Of a stretch of DNA of 64,000 nt, positions 9,504 through 19,195 are shown piece after piece. The stretch spans positions 42,916 through 106,915 of the forward strand of contig JAZQUH010000034.1 of the NCBI GenBank assembly GCA_045631185.1, read 5' to 3'. This stretch comes from Alphaproteobacteria bacterium (GTDB taxonomy: Bacteria; Pseudomonadota; Alphaproteobacteria; CAAHEQ01; UBA3637). Position 1 is the stretch's first letter; every line of letters starts with the position of its first letter. Made by a program: the position numbers and the translations under genes. The notes beneath the pieces are model-generated. The model was not told the DNA's origin and did not search any database. It saw only the letters and a list, made by a program, of their open reading frames with translations.

Positions 9504-10070
9504 ATGCAAAATTTAAGAAAAACAAACGAAACAGGCCGTTCTATGCTTGAAATGTTGGGCGTTCTGGCTATCATTGGCGTTTTAAGTGTTGCTGGTGTTG
9601 CGTGGTTTCATCCAGGGCCAGGCTGGAATAATTCGGGGTATCTTTTACTAAAATATGAAGGTTGTGGATGGCCATATGATGGAAAACTTGGGACGGATAA
9701 AAAAACGTGTTGCAGTGTTGAGGGCTATGCTTGGAGGGATGCGTATGTTGGCTATAATGATGTAAAAACTCAAATTTGCGGATGTCCTATGCCTAATGAT
9801 GGTACTACACATGCACCGGTATTGGGAACTGACGGTAAAACGTGTTGCAGAGATGGATTGACTTGGTATGATGCTAATCGTAATTATACTGCTGCAAGTT
9901 TATATTGTGGTGGATGCCCAGAAGATGGAAAAGTAGGAAAAGACTCTAAAACCTGTTGTAAAGATGGAAAATATTGGCATGATTATGAGGTTGGTTATTT
10001 CTATGAAAGTGAAGTTTGCCAAGGAATATACCCCCCCCCGCCCAAATCGGACGGGGGATTTTTAATATAA
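9504..10070 (+). CDS. type-IV-pilin-like (class III signal) cysteine-rich repeat protein, short paralog
   Basis: N-terminus MQNLRKTNETG|RSMLEMLGVLAIIGVLSVAG with Gly(-1), Glu(+5) and a hydrophobic helix. Strong GGGAG RBS. Three ~42-aa Cys-rich repeats (CGCP..DG..G.D.KTCC.DG..W.D). C9 tract at 10031-10039. Confidence 0.7.
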   Translation: MQNLRKTNETGRSMLEMLGVLAIIGVLSVAGVAWFHPGPGWNNSGYLLLKYEGCGWPYDGKLGTDKKTCCSVEGYAWRDAYVGYNDVKTQICGCPMPNDGTTHAPVLGTDGKTCCRDGLTWYDANRNYTAASLYCGGCPEDGKVGKDSKTCCKDGKYWHDYEVGYFYESEVCQGIYPPPPKSDGGFLI

Positions 10071-10646
10071 AAACGGATTATAGGCCCATTGGAGCAAGGC
10101 TTGGCGTTGTTTGGGCCGACAGGTTAACTCATTGGCCGAACAATGCTTTTTTAATTGTATCAGGTGGCGTTTGAAGTTTTTCCATCGTTTAATTTGAATG
10201 GCATCAATTTCGGGAATTCTGCGCCCCATATAATATCGGCAATACCATTGAAACCACCCCCTTGGATCAGGGGGATAAATCCAACCTTTTTGTTGCCATT
10301 GCCTTAAACTCATGCGTGATTTAACACCAAAACAGTTTAAGCTGATTTCGGGATTTTTATTGTTTATTCGGGCATTTTGAAACCAATCATGCGGAAATTC
10401 CCTTTGGCAATCGTTCATATAATGCCCCTCAAACACGCCCAGCTCCAACATTTGCTTTGGTGTGAGGGCAGGGCAAAAATCAGGGGCAAAATTTTCCCCT
10501 TCGTCCTCGCTGTATTCATATTGATAGCCCAATTGCATCTTATCAAAAACAATCATATCAGGGATATAATTGGTTGTTCGTTTTTTTTCAATAGTAAAAA
10601 AGTGAAAATATATTTGCGTTTTTTGTGAAAATATGCTATAAAGCAC
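10062..10646 (-). CDS. conserved hypothetical protein
   Basis: 194-aa ORF convergent with, and overlapping by 9 nt, the pilin-like gene. Confidence 0.4.
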   Translation of the reverse strand: MLYSIFSQKTQIYFHFFTIEKKRTTNYIPDMIVFDKMQLGYQYEYSEDEGENFAPDFCPALTPKQMLELGVFEGHYMNDCQREFPHDWFQNARINNKNPEISLNCFGVKSRMSLRQWQQKGWIYPPDPRGWFQWYCRYYMGRRIPEIDAIQIKRWKNFKRHLIQLKKHCSANELTCRPKQRQALLQWAYNPFLY

Positions 10647-10676
10647 CTTATCAATTTTTAAAACGAAAGGTGAAAA

Positions 10677-11984
10677 ATGTCAAAACTGAAACAATCTTTG
10701 AAAATTACAATTAAAGCTGAAGCTTTTGCCGATAAGATGAATGCCCGCTTGGAAGATTTGCGTAAAAACGCCAAATTGCCGGGGTTCCGTCCGGGTCAGG
10801 CCCCTTTGGCGATGATTCGTCAAAAATATGAAAACTCTGTTAAAGGCGAAGTTTTGGATGATTTAATCAATGAACAGGTGATGGCCACATTAAAGGAAAA
10901 AGAATTACGTCCGGCTATGCGTCCTGCCATTAAAATGGACAAATATGAAGACGGCAAAGATATTGTTTTGACGGTTGATTTTGAAGCTTTGCCCGAAGTC
11001 AAAGTCAAACCCTTTGATAAAATCACTGTTGAAAAAATGGTGGCAACTGCCGGTGATAAAGAAATTCAGGATACTTTGGATAAATTAGCAACTGCCAAAA
11101 AAACATCTGAATTATTGGATGAAGACCGTGCCACAAAAACAGGCGATGTCGTTGTGATTGACTATGTCGGTTCCATTGATGGTGAAGAATTTAAAGGCGG
11201 TAAAGGTAAAGGCGCCTATTTGGAATTGGGTTCCAACACATTTATCCCCGGTTTTGAAGATCAATTGGTTGGTCACAAAGTGGGCGATAAAGTGGATGTC
11301 AATGTGACTTTCCCCGAAAATTATCATGCCAAAGATTTGGCCGGTAAAAAAGCTTTGTTTAAAACAGAAATCAAAGAATTGCGTGCTTGGAAAAAGCCTG
11401 AATTCAATGATGAATTCGCCAAACAATTCGGTTCCGATACAATGGATAAATTAAAGGAAATGATTAAAGCTGAATTGGATAAAGAATATACTCGTGTGGC
11501 CCGTATGCATGCCAAACGTGCTTTGTTTGACGCTTTGGATAAAGAATATGACTTTGAAATTCCTGAATGTATGTCCAAGGCCGAAATGGATGGTATTTGG
11601 GCCCAATATGAACAGGCCAAGAAAACAGGTCAGTTGGATGAAGAAGAAAAGAAAAAATCCGAAGCTGATTTGAAAAAAGATTATCAAAAAATCGCTGATC
11701 GTCGTGTGCGTTTAGGTTTGTTGTTGGCTAAGATTGCCGATGAAAATCAAGTCAAAGTGGAACGTGAAGATTTGACAAACGCCATTATGGCCGAAGCCCG
11801 TCGTTATCCCGGTCAGGAAAAACAAGTCTTTGAATACTACACCAAAAATCCTCAGGCGGTTGAAGCAATTCGTGCCCCGATTTTTGAAGAAAAAGTTGTG
11901 GATTTTGTTTTGGGTAAAGTTCAAACAAAAGAAAAACAAATTTCTGTGGCTGACTTGTATGCCTTTGATCCCGATAAAAAATAA
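10677..11984 (+). CDS. tig: trigger factor
   Basis: 435 aa with N-terminal ribosome-binding, FKBP-type PPIase (FKGGKGKGAYLELGSNTFIPGFEDQLVGHKVGD) and C-terminal domain. Confidence 0.9.
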   Translation: MSKLKQSLKITIKAEAFADKMNARLEDLRKNAKLPGFRPGQAPLAMIRQKYENSVKGEVLDDLINEQVMATLKEKELRPAMRPAIKMDKYEDGKDIVLTVDFEALPEVKVKPFDKITVEKMVATAGDKEIQDTLDKLATAKKTSELLDEDRATKTGDVVVIDYVGSIDGEEFKGGKGKGAYLELGSNTFIPGFEDQLVGHKVGDKVDVNVTFPENYHAKDLAGKKALFKTEIKELRAWKKPEFNDEFAKQFGSDTMDKLKEMIKAELDKEYTRVARMHAKRALFDALDKEYDFEIPECMSKAEMDGIWAQYEQAKKTGQLDEEEKKKSEADLKKDYQKIADRRVRLGLLLAKIADENQVKVEREDLTNAIMAEARRYPGQEKQVFEYYTKNPQAVEAIRAPIFEEKVVDFVLGKVQTKEKQISVADLYAFDPDKK

Positions 11985-12056
11985 AAGGCCTGCCTGGATA
12001 AAATAAACAAAGGGGGCTGAGTATCAAAAGCCCCTTTTTGAGTAAAAGGATAAACA

Positions 12057-12848
12057 ATGGTATCTAAAAAAACTCAGGAAATTGCTTTTAATAAGTTACG
12101 TCAAATGGCAAAAGATAATACTATTTGTTTTACATATTATGAACCTCCTTATTATGGTGTGGGCTGTGGACGAGATCGTTCAGTGGATTGGAATGGACCA
12201 CTTCTATTTTATAAAAAAGGGGAATCACGTGAAGAGATCTTTTTAAGAACCATGTGTTGTTTACTAGATGCTGATTTTCCAAGATTTTTAAAGCAAAAAG
12301 AAAATGAGAGAAAATTGGTTCATCTCCTTTTGGAAGCTGGATTGAATCCTAACATGAAATATAATGAAAAAAGTATTTTTTTACTCTTTGTTAAAAAGGG
12401 TAGAGTGGGTCCAGCACTGGAAATTGCCCAACATCCTGATTTTCGTTTTCCAAAAGGAGAGGAGGGGGCAGTTTTTGATAAACTTTCTTTCAATCTTAGT
12501 TCAAGTAGATGGCATCATCCTTGTTATAATTGGATTAATATAGAGCAGGATAGTCTTCCTGATTGGGCAAAGGATAGAAAAAAGCGTTTGCAAGAAAAAT
12601 TACCTGAGGCTATGAAATATCATAGAATTTGGCAGGAAGAGACAAAAGATTTAGCTTTTCTTCTATTTCAAAAAGGATTATATCCTTCAAATGAGAGATG
12701 CTTTGAAAAATTGGCTCCTGTCGTTTTAGAAAAAGATCCCGATTTTTTCAATAAAAAGAAAAAACAAGTAATATCCCAAATTCAACATGCCAAAACACCA
12801 ATTCAAATTTATAATGCCCTGATGGGAAAAAGAAAGGAGAAAAATTAA
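12057..12848 (+). CDS. ankyrin-like repeat hypothetical protein inserted between tig and clpP
   Basis: [29 protein letters not shown] resembles the ANK consensus. Confidence 0.4.
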   Translation: MVSKKTQEIAFNKLRQMAKDNTICFTYYEPPYYGVGCGRDRSVDWNGPLLFYKKGESREEIFLRTMCCLLDADFPRFLKQKENERKLVHLLLEAGLNPNMKYNEKSIFLLFVKKGRVGPALEIAQHPDFRFPKGEEGAVFDKLSFNLSSSRWHHPCYNWINIEQDSLPDWAKDRKKRLQEKLPEAMKYHRIWQEETKDLAFLLFQKGLYPSNERCFEKLAPVVLEKDPDFFNKKKKQVISQIQHAKTPIQIYNALMGKRKEKN

Positions 12849-13441
12849 TGAAAATTCAAGATACATTAGTGCCGACTGTTATTGAAACGACAGGTCGTGG
12901 GGAGCGTGCTTTTGATATTTATTCACGTTTGTTAAAAGAACGTATTGTTTTTTTGACCGGTGAAGTCAATGATGCGGTTTCCAGTTTGATTTGTGCTCAA
13001 TTATTGTTTTTGGAAGCCGAAAATCCCGATAAAGAAATTTCGTTTTATATCAATTCTCCCGGTGGTGTTGTGACCAGCGGTTTGGCTATCTTGGATACCA
13101 TGAATTATATCAAATGTCCCGTATCCACCGTGTGTATGGGCCAGGCCTGTTCAATGGGCTCATTGCTTTTGACCTGCGGTGAAAAAGGGCGCCGTTTTGC
13201 GTTGCCCAATGCCCGTGTGATGATTCATCAACCCAGTGGCGGTTTTCAGGGGCAGGCAACAGATATGGAAATCCATGTCAAAGAAATTTTGGCCATTAAA
13301 AAACGTTTGAATCAAATCTATGTGGAACAAACGGGTAAAACTTTAAAAGAAATTGAAACAGCGATGGAACGTGATAACTTTATGACAGCCGAAGAAGCCG
13401 TCAAGTTTGGTTTAATTGATGCCGTTGTATCCAAAAAATAA
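12848..13441 (+). CDS. clpP: ATP-dependent Clp protease proteolytic subunit
   Basis: Catalytic Ser motif [11 protein letters not shown] and His in MIHQPSGG. Confidence 0.95.
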   Translation: MKIQDTLVPTVIETTGRGERAFDIYSRLLKERIVFLTGEVNDAVSSLICAQLLFLEAENPDKEISFYINSPGGVVTSGLAILDTMNYIKCPVSTVCMGQACSMGSLLLTCGEKGRRFALPNARVMIHQPSGGFQGQATDMEIHVKEILAIKKRLNQIYVEQTGKTLKEIETAMERDNFMTAEEAVKFGLIDAVVSKK

Positions 13442-13452
13442 GGGGTTTTTAT

Positions 13453-14709
13453 ATGACAGATGAAAATTTGATATGTTCTTTTTGTGGTAAAAACCAAAAG
13501 GAAGTGAAAAAATTGATTGCCGGGCGTTCGGATAAAGACGAGCAGGGGCAATCACATGCCGTTTATATTTGTGATGAATGCATCGGTTTGTGTCAGGATA
13601 TTTTAAAAGAGGAAGTCAAAAAGAATCCCCAGTTGGAATTGGATGGTTTGGGGGGTGATAAACCATTGAAAAAGCCCCATGAATTAAAGGCGTTCTTGGA
13701 TGAATACGTTATTGGTCAGGATGCCGCTAAGCGTGTTTTATCAGTTGCTGTATATAATCATTATAAACGCTTGAAGAACAAAGAAAAAGTGGAAGATGTT
13801 GAATTGGAAAAATCCAATATCTTGTTGTTGGGTGCCACCGGTTGCGGTAAAACTTTGTTGGCCCGTACATTGGCAAAAACATTGGATGTGCCTTTTGCTA
13901 TTGCTGATGCAACTACTTTGACCGAAGCCGGTTATGTGGGTGAAGATGTTGAAAATGTTGTTTTGAAACTTTTACAGGCCGCTAACTATGATGTTGCTAA
14001 GGCTGAACGTGGTATTATTTATATTGATGAAATTGATAAGATTGCCCGCAAAGCCGATGGTCCGTCTATTACTCGTGATGTATCGGGTGAAGGTGTGCAA
14101 CAGGCGTTGTTGAAGATGATAGAAGGAACTGAGGCCAGTTTGCCCCCGCAAGGTGGTCGTAAGCACCCCAACCAAGAATATATCAAAGTCAATACAGGTC
14201 ATATTTTGTTCATCTGCGGTGGTGCTTTTGACGGCTTGGATAAAGTTATTGCTTCACGTATGGCCGAATATTCGGTGGGATTTGGATCTGATGTTAAAAA
14301 CAAAGACAAATTGGATACCAACGAATTATTAAAGCAATTAGAACCGGATGATTTGTTAAAGTACGGATTGATTCCTGAATTTATCGGACGTTTGCCTGTC
14401 CATGTGGCTTTGCAGGCTTTGGATGAAAAAGCTTTGGTTGAAATTTTGACCAAGCCCAAAAACGCGTTGGTTAAACAATATAAGACTTTGTTTAAAATGG
14501 AAGGCGTTGATTTGAAATTTACAGATGGTGCTTACAGTGCGATTGCCCAAAAGGCCATGAAACGTAAAACAGGTGCCCGTGGACTTCGTTCTATTATGGA
14601 AGATTTGTTGATGGATTTGATGTACGATACACCATCTAAAAAAGATATCAAAGAAATCATCATTGATGAAGATGTGGTCAATGGCAAAGGTGAACCTAAG
14701 CAAAAATAA
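13453..14709 (+). CDS. clpX: ATP-dependent Clp protease ATP-binding subunit ClpX
   Basis: N-terminal C4 zinc finger CSFCGK...CDEC. Walker [12 protein letters not shown]-like loop. Confidence 0.95.
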   Translation: MTDENLICSFCGKNQKEVKKLIAGRSDKDEQGQSHAVYICDECIGLCQDILKEEVKKNPQLELDGLGGDKPLKKPHELKAFLDEYVIGQDAAKRVLSVAVYNHYKRLKNKEKVEDVELEKSNILLLGATGCGKTLLARTLAKTLDVPFAIADATTLTEAGYVGEDVENVVLKLLQAANYDVAKAERGIIYIDEIDKIARKADGPSITRDVSGEGVQQALLKMIEGTEASLPPQGGRKHPNQEYIKVNTGHILFICGGAFDGLDKVIASRMAEYSVGFGSDVKNKDKLDTNELLKQLEPDDLLKYGLIPEFIGRLPVHVALQALDEKALVEILTKPKNALVKQYKTLFKMEGVDLKFTDGAYSAIAQKAMKRKTGARGLRSIMEDLLMDLMYDTPSKKDIKEIIIDEDVVNGKGEPKQK

Positions 14710-14718
14710 GGATATTAC

Positions 14719-15105
14719 ATGGGTTTAAAAAATTGGTGGAGTAACAGAATAAAAGCGGATGTTAAAGCAGATGTGCGTTTTTTTTGGGAAGAATATCTTC
14801 AAAAAAATTATGCGCATGAGTATATGGATAGATGTATTCAAGCCCATAAAGATAGTAAAAAGCCGTTGAAACAACAATTTTTTCCACGAAAAGGTGAAGA
14901 TTTGCTTGCCAAAAAAGCGGCGTTTATTTCGGCTTATTCCAGACATGAAAAGGCATTCAGAGAAGAATATTTATCTTGGGGAAACAATGATTACAATCCT
15001 TTGGCATGTCAATATTCGGATGCTTTGGTTCAACGGGCTCGTTTAAATGGACATAAAAAATGGCAGATGATGATGCAAATAGCCCAAAAAAGAAAGACCA
15101 GATAG
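14719..15105 (+). CDS. hypothetical protein
   Basis: 128-aa ORF with AAGGA RBS. lon, which often follows clpX, is absent here. Confidence 0.35.
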   Translation: MGLKNWWSNRIKADVKADVRFFWEEYLQKNYAHEYMDRCIQAHKDSKKPLKQQFFPRKGEDLLAKKAAFISAYSRHEKAFREEYLSWGNNDYNPLACQYSDALVQRARLNGHKKWQMMMQIAQKRKTR

Positions 15106-15110
15106 TTTTT

Positions 15111-15139
15111 TCTTGACAACCCATTGAAAAAAGTTTAAA
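15111..15139 (+). promoter_or_regulatory. consensus-like sigma70 promoter (TTGACA-17-TAAAAT) for tRNA-Ala
   Basis: ttgacaacccattgaaaaaagtttaaaat. Confidence 0.5.
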
Positions 15140-15155
15140 ATGAAAAGGCTTTTGT

Positions 15156-15231
15156 GGGGATATAGCTCAGTTGGTAGAGCGACGCGTTCGCAATGCGTAG
15201 GCCAGCGGTTCGATCCCGCTTATCTCCACCA
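15156..15231 (+). tRNA. tRNA-Ala (anticodon CGC)
   Basis: Cloverleaf with acceptor GGGGATA/TATCTCC including the G3:U70 Ala identity pair. Anticodon loop TTCGCAA. T-arm AGCGG-TTCGATC-CCGCT. Encoded CCA. Confidence 0.8.
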
Positions 15232-15236
15232 AAAAA

Positions 15237-15266
15237 TACGACCTTTACAGGTCGTTTTTTTTATTT
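15237..15266 (+). terminator. rho-independent terminator (ACGACCT-TTAC-AGGTCGT + T8)
   Basis: Perfect 7-bp stem followed by a T-run. Confidence 0.65.
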
Positions 15267-15329
15267 ATACTATGGAAAAATGTTGTTTTTTGCTATAGAT
15301 TAAGTATAATCCTTAATGGAGAAAATTGA

Positions 15330-16595
15330 ATGAAAAAAAATTGGAAAACAGCATTGATGGCATCTGTGGCGGGTTTTGCTCTTATCGGTGGTTTTTGGGG
15401 TGATAATCAGGAAAAAGAACAAAAACTTGATGGGGCAACTTTGATGGAAGGAATTGTTAATATTTCCCAAACGGAAAATATAACAAATCGTAATATAATT
15501 GTTGATGCTTTCCTTCAAACATCAAAAACAATCACAGGAAGAAAATTATTAGAACAAATGTATGATTATTACGGTACGAATGACCATACAAGAATAAATG
15601 TGGCTATTGATGATATTGGCTTTCCTACCGGAGCATATGGTGCCAATAAGATAACTTTCAGTAAAGAATATCTTCCGGGCGGACTTTTAAAAATATTGGA
15701 TAGTACTGATATCAGGGTGACGGCAGCACATGAATTGTTACATGCACTTCAAGATCGGGAACGAGGTGTTAGTACTGATATTATAGGCAATACATATGAG
15801 GATGATTTCAAAGAGAATAAATTAATGGAAGCAGAAGCCAAAATACAAAATATTGTTATGGGCAATGAATTAAAAGATGATGCTTCATCTCTTTATCTGC
15901 TTTATAATTATATGACTAATAAATTAAATAATAAATTTTCCCAAGATAAAAGTGAAAGTATGGTAAAAACAGCACTTTTTCAATGTTTATGGCAAAATAA
16001 GACAATTGAAAATGTTGTTGCATCTTGTTTGGGTGAGAACATATCCTTAACAGATTTAAAAAATAATGGTATCAGTCTGGAATTGTGTAATAAAGAAATA
16101 AAAGAATGGCATAGTGTCTATAATAAACAAGCAATAAAAAAGGCTTATTCAAATGAACCTTTGCGTATTGATGATATCACCGGATTTACGCCCGAGAATG
16201 CAACACAAGAGCAACAAAAGGAAATTTATCAATCTTATCTTTCACGTTTGAATAAAAACGGGATAGTTGTTTCTATGGATGATATTCAAAACGGATTTAA
16301 GGTTGAATATCAAGAAAGAAAAGATTTTTCTTTTGAAGGAATTGTTACCATTAAGGATTCTCAGTCAGAGCATTGTTTTAAATCCTGTGATACACCAACC
16401 GAGATTAACACGGATAAAAAAGTGAAGAAAAAAGCTGGGCTTGGTGTTTTGGGTATATTATCACAAGGTTCACAAAAGGGTGCATCCTACAAAGAATCAG
16501 AAAATAAAACATCAGAAGCAAAAGTTGAGCAGGAAAAAAATAAAAAAGTTTCCGATTTGATTTTGTCTTCTATTAAAGGAAAAGAAAGACCTTAA
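15330..16595 (+). CDS. secreted putative zinc metalloprotease / effector-like protein (signal peptide, HExxH)
   Basis: N-terminal signal MKKNWKTALMASVAGFALIGGFWG. Zincin motif TAAHELLHALQD. Lys-rich C-terminal tail. Confidence 0.45.
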   Translation: MKKNWKTALMASVAGFALIGGFWGDNQEKEQKLDGATLMEGIVNISQTENITNRNIIVDAFLQTSKTITGRKLLEQMYDYYGTNDHTRINVAIDDIGFPTGAYGANKITFSKEYLPGGLLKILDSTDIRVTAAHELLHALQDRERGVSTDIIGNTYEDDFKENKLMEAEAKIQNIVMGNELKDDASSLYLLYNYMTNKLNNKFSQDKSESMVKTALFQCLWQNKTIENVVASCLGENISLTDLKNNGISLELCNKEIKEWHSVYNKQAIKKAYSNEPLRIDDITGFTPENATQEQQKEIYQSYLSRLNKNGIVVSMDDIQNGFKVEYQERKDFSFEGIVTIKDSQSEHCFKSCDTPTEINTDKKVKKKAGLGVLGILSQGSQKGASYKESENKTSEAKVEQEKNKKVSDLILSSIKGKERP

Positions 16596-16629
16596 TTTCA
16601 GGGAAATTAATAAAGATAAAGCAAAAGGA

Positions 16630-17178
16630 TTATCTTCGTTTGTTTTTATGCAAATAATTCAAAAGGATTTTGGGATTTTGTACCTGTCGCCCAATGTTTT
16701 TTTGTGGGTATTTTTGTCGAAATTCCGCCACTTTTGCCCGTTTGGCTTTTTGGCGTTCTGCCGTTGGTTTTTCTTGTTTGTCAATTAAATACAATTCTTT
16801 GTTCAATTCTTGACGTTCTTTTTGAGGAATCAGATGCTCTTTTTCCCAGTGTTTCAGGTATTTTTGTTCGTGACTATATGGTAAATCCGTTCCCATATAA
16901 TAAACCTTTTGAGAACTTAATAACCCAAACAAATTATATGATTCACTGGGGCCGTCTTTTAATCCGTTTTTATAATAACATTTTTTCCAAGGTTTGCCTG
17001 TGAATGCGTGAAAAGATTCGTATAATCCGTTCTTTTGATCGTCTTTATAAGTGCATTTTTCAAAGATACGACCATTTTTATGAAAGGATAAAAATGGGCC
17101 ATTCTTTTTTCCGTCTTTATCGATTGTGTAAATTGATTTTGTTTTGCCGTTACTGTGATATTCTATTGTTGCGTACAT
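16630..17178 (-). CDS. MORN-repeat protein (YwqK-like), second paralog
   Basis: Repeated KNGxxxxFHxNG/KNGLYESFH motifs. Confidence 0.5.
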   Translation of the reverse strand: MYATIEYHSNGKTKSIYTIDKDGKKNGPFLSFHKNGRIFEKCTYKDDQKNGLYESFHAFTGKPWKKCYYKNGLKDGPSESYNLFGLLSSQKVYYMGTDLPYSHEQKYLKHWEKEHLIPQKERQELNKELYLIDKQEKPTAERQKAKRAKVAEFRQKYPQKNIGRQVQNPKILLNYLHKNKRR

Positions 17179-17292
17179 TGATAATGCCTTTTAAAATAAA
17201 ACATAATTATACCACGAACAGCCCTTTTTGTCAATCTGTTCGACTGGCTTGTTATAAATCCAAAGAGAATATAAGGTTGTTTTTAAAAGAAA

Positions 17293-17318
17293 AAGCCCTC
17301 ATTTGGTTGAGGGCTTTA
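17293..17318. terminator. bidirectional terminator hairpin (AAGCCCTCA-TTTGGT-TGAGGGCTT)
   Basis: 9-bp perfect stem flanked by A/T runs, between convergent gene ends. Confidence 0.55.
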
Positions 17319-17325
17319 AAAAGAT

Positions 17326-17400
17326 GGTGCCTGGAGACGGAATCGGACCGCCGACACAGAGATTTTCAGTCTCTTGCTCTACCAACTGAGCTATCCAGGC
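17326..17400 (-). tRNA. tRNA-Phe (anticodon GAA)
   Basis: Reverse complement GCCTGGATAGCTCAGTTGGTAGAGC...ACTGAAAATC...GGTTCGATTCC...TCCAGGCACCA. Confidence 0.85.
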
Positions 17401-17524
17401 GAATAATAAACACATTTTAACCAACTTTGAATCAAAAGTCAAGCACTTTTTAATCAAAAAATATTTAATTATAAAAAATCTTTTAAAATGAAGTAGTTAT
17501 TTTTGATTTATTAAGTGATGCTTT

Positions 17525-17962
17525 TTAATAATTCATTCGTGGGGGCAGGTTGCGCAATCTGACCAAATATGGTTTCATGGGCTTATCACGGCTGATTAAA
17601 TGTCCCAAATACCACACGCTTAAAAAAGCCATAGCTTTTTGAGCGGCATCTAATTTTTGTCCCACTGTTTCGGCTGTTTCAAATTGTTGGCGAAATTGTG
17701 AAATGTTTTTGATAAACAGCTGATGGCTGGCAATATGTTCTTCCATTTCGGGATAACGAATGCGTTCCATAATGTCTTCTTCGTGTGAAAAATGGTTTCG
17801 AACATAATCATAACAGGCCTGAAACATTTTTTCCATACCTTCAATATGGCGCTCCTTGATATCATTTGAAGCCTGATTGATGACTTTTAAAAAAGCCTGA
17901 TGTTCGCTATCCAAAGGTGGATAGTTTAAGCTCATTTGTTCCCGCCAAGTTATCACTGCCAT
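17525..17962 (-). CDS. hemerythrin-like (HHE cation-binding) protein
   Basis: MAVITWREQMSLNYPPLDSEHQAFL...HFSHEEDIMERIRYPEMEEHIASHQ His/Glu-rich hemerythrin pattern. AGGGGGG RBS 5 nt upstream of ATG at 17962. The six-frame ORF up to 18142 overlaps ychF and is an artefact. Confidence 0.6.
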   Translation of the reverse strand: MAVITWREQMSLNYPPLDSEHQAFLKVINQASNDIKERHIEGMEKMFQACYDYVRNHFSHEEDIMERIRYPEMEEHIASHQLFIKNISQFRQQFETAETVGQKLDAAQKAMAFLSVWYLGHLISRDKPMKPYLVRLRNLPPRMNY

Positions 17963-17984
17963 TTTTCCCCCTTTTTTGTTTTTT

Positions 17985-19085
17985 TTAGTTGCTGAATAAA
18001 AAGTGCACAACATCCCCGTCTTGCATGGTATAGTTTTTGCCTTCCTGGCGCAATAATCCTTTTTCACGTGCGCCACTTTCACCTCTATGGGCGACATAGT
18101 CATTATAAGAAACAACTTCCGCCCGAATGAAACCTTTTTCAAAATCCGAATGGATAATACCGGCCGCCTGAGGTGCTAAGATGCCTTTACGCATGGTCCA
18201 GGCATGGGCTTCTTTGGGTCCGGAAGTAAAGAATGTTTCTAAACCCAATAATTTATAACCAGCCTTGATAATCCGATCCAAACCGGTTTCGGTTAAGCCA
18301 AGGGTTTCCAAAAATTCAGGTTGTTCTTCGGCGGGCAGTTGGGCAATTTCCTGTTCAATGCCGGCGCAAATCACAACAGATGAGTTGCCTTGTTTTTTTG
18401 CCATTTCGGCAACACGTTCAGAAAATTCATTGCCTGAGGCAGCCGAATTGTCATCCACGTTACACACATATAAAACAGGTTTTGCCGTCAATAAAGCCAA
18501 TTGATTAAATAATTTTAAATCTTCGGCATCGGTGGGTTTTGCCAATCGGGCAGGTTGACCATTACGCAATAATTCCAAAGCCGGCTCAATTACTTTTACC
18601 CAAGCTTTTGATTCTTTATCGCCTGTTTGGGCTTTTTTGGCCACACCATTCAAACGTTTTTCCAGGCTTTCCAAATCCGCCAACATCAATTCGGTTTCAA
18701 CCGTTTCGGCATCACGGATAGGATCTATGGAACCTTCCACATGGACAATATCCGAATTTTCAAAACAACGCAATACGTGAATGATGGCATCCACTTCACG
18801 AATGTTGCCCAAGAACTGATTGCCTAATCCTTCACCTTTGCTGGCACCTTTTACTAAACCGGCAATATCAACAAACTCCAACTGAGTTGGTACAATTTTG
18901 GCAGATTTATCAATTTCGGCCAAAACATTTAAACGTTCATCCGGGACGGCAACACGGCCGATATTCGGTTCAATGGTGCAAAACGGATAGTTGGCCGCCT
19001 GAGCATTGACCGTTGCGGTTAAAGCGTTAAATAAAGTTGATTTCCCGACGTTGGGTAATCCGACAATTCCACAGTTAAATCCCAT
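17985..19085 (-). CDS. ychF: ribosome-binding ATPase YchF
   Basis: MGFNCGIVGLPNVGKSTLFNAL. Obg-family G motifs. C-terminal TGS domain. Confidence 0.9.
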   Translation of the reverse strand: MGFNCGIVGLPNVGKSTLFNALTATVNAQAANYPFCTIEPNIGRVAVPDERLNVLAEIDKSAKIVPTQLEFVDIAGLVKGASKGEGLGNQFLGNIREVDAIIHVLRCFENSDIVHVEGSIDPIRDAETVETELMLADLESLEKRLNGVAKKAQTGDKESKAWVKVIEPALELLRNGQPARLAKPTDAEDLKLFNQLALLTAKPVLYVCNVDDNSAASGNEFSERVAEMAKKQGNSSVVICAGIEQEIAQLPAEEQPEFLETLGLTETGLDRIIKAGYKLLGLETFFTSGPKEAHAWTMRKGILAPQAAGIIHSDFEKGFIRAEVVSYNDYVAHRGESGAREKGLLRQEGKNYTMQDGDVVHFLFSN

Positions 19086-19195
19086 ATTAAATCCTTTGTT
19101 TTTGACATTATCCTATATTTTGTTTTATTTTTCAAGATTTTTTTCTTGTTATTTTGAAAAAATAATGCTAAAACAAAAACAATAAAGGGGGATTT

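Noticed and set aside
17963-18142. 5' extension of the hemerythrin ORF (six-frame call 17525-18142)
   Set aside because: The extension overlaps the ychF coding region on the same strand in another frame, lacks an RBS, and the conserved hemerythrin domain starts at Met 17962, which has an AGGGGGG RBS.
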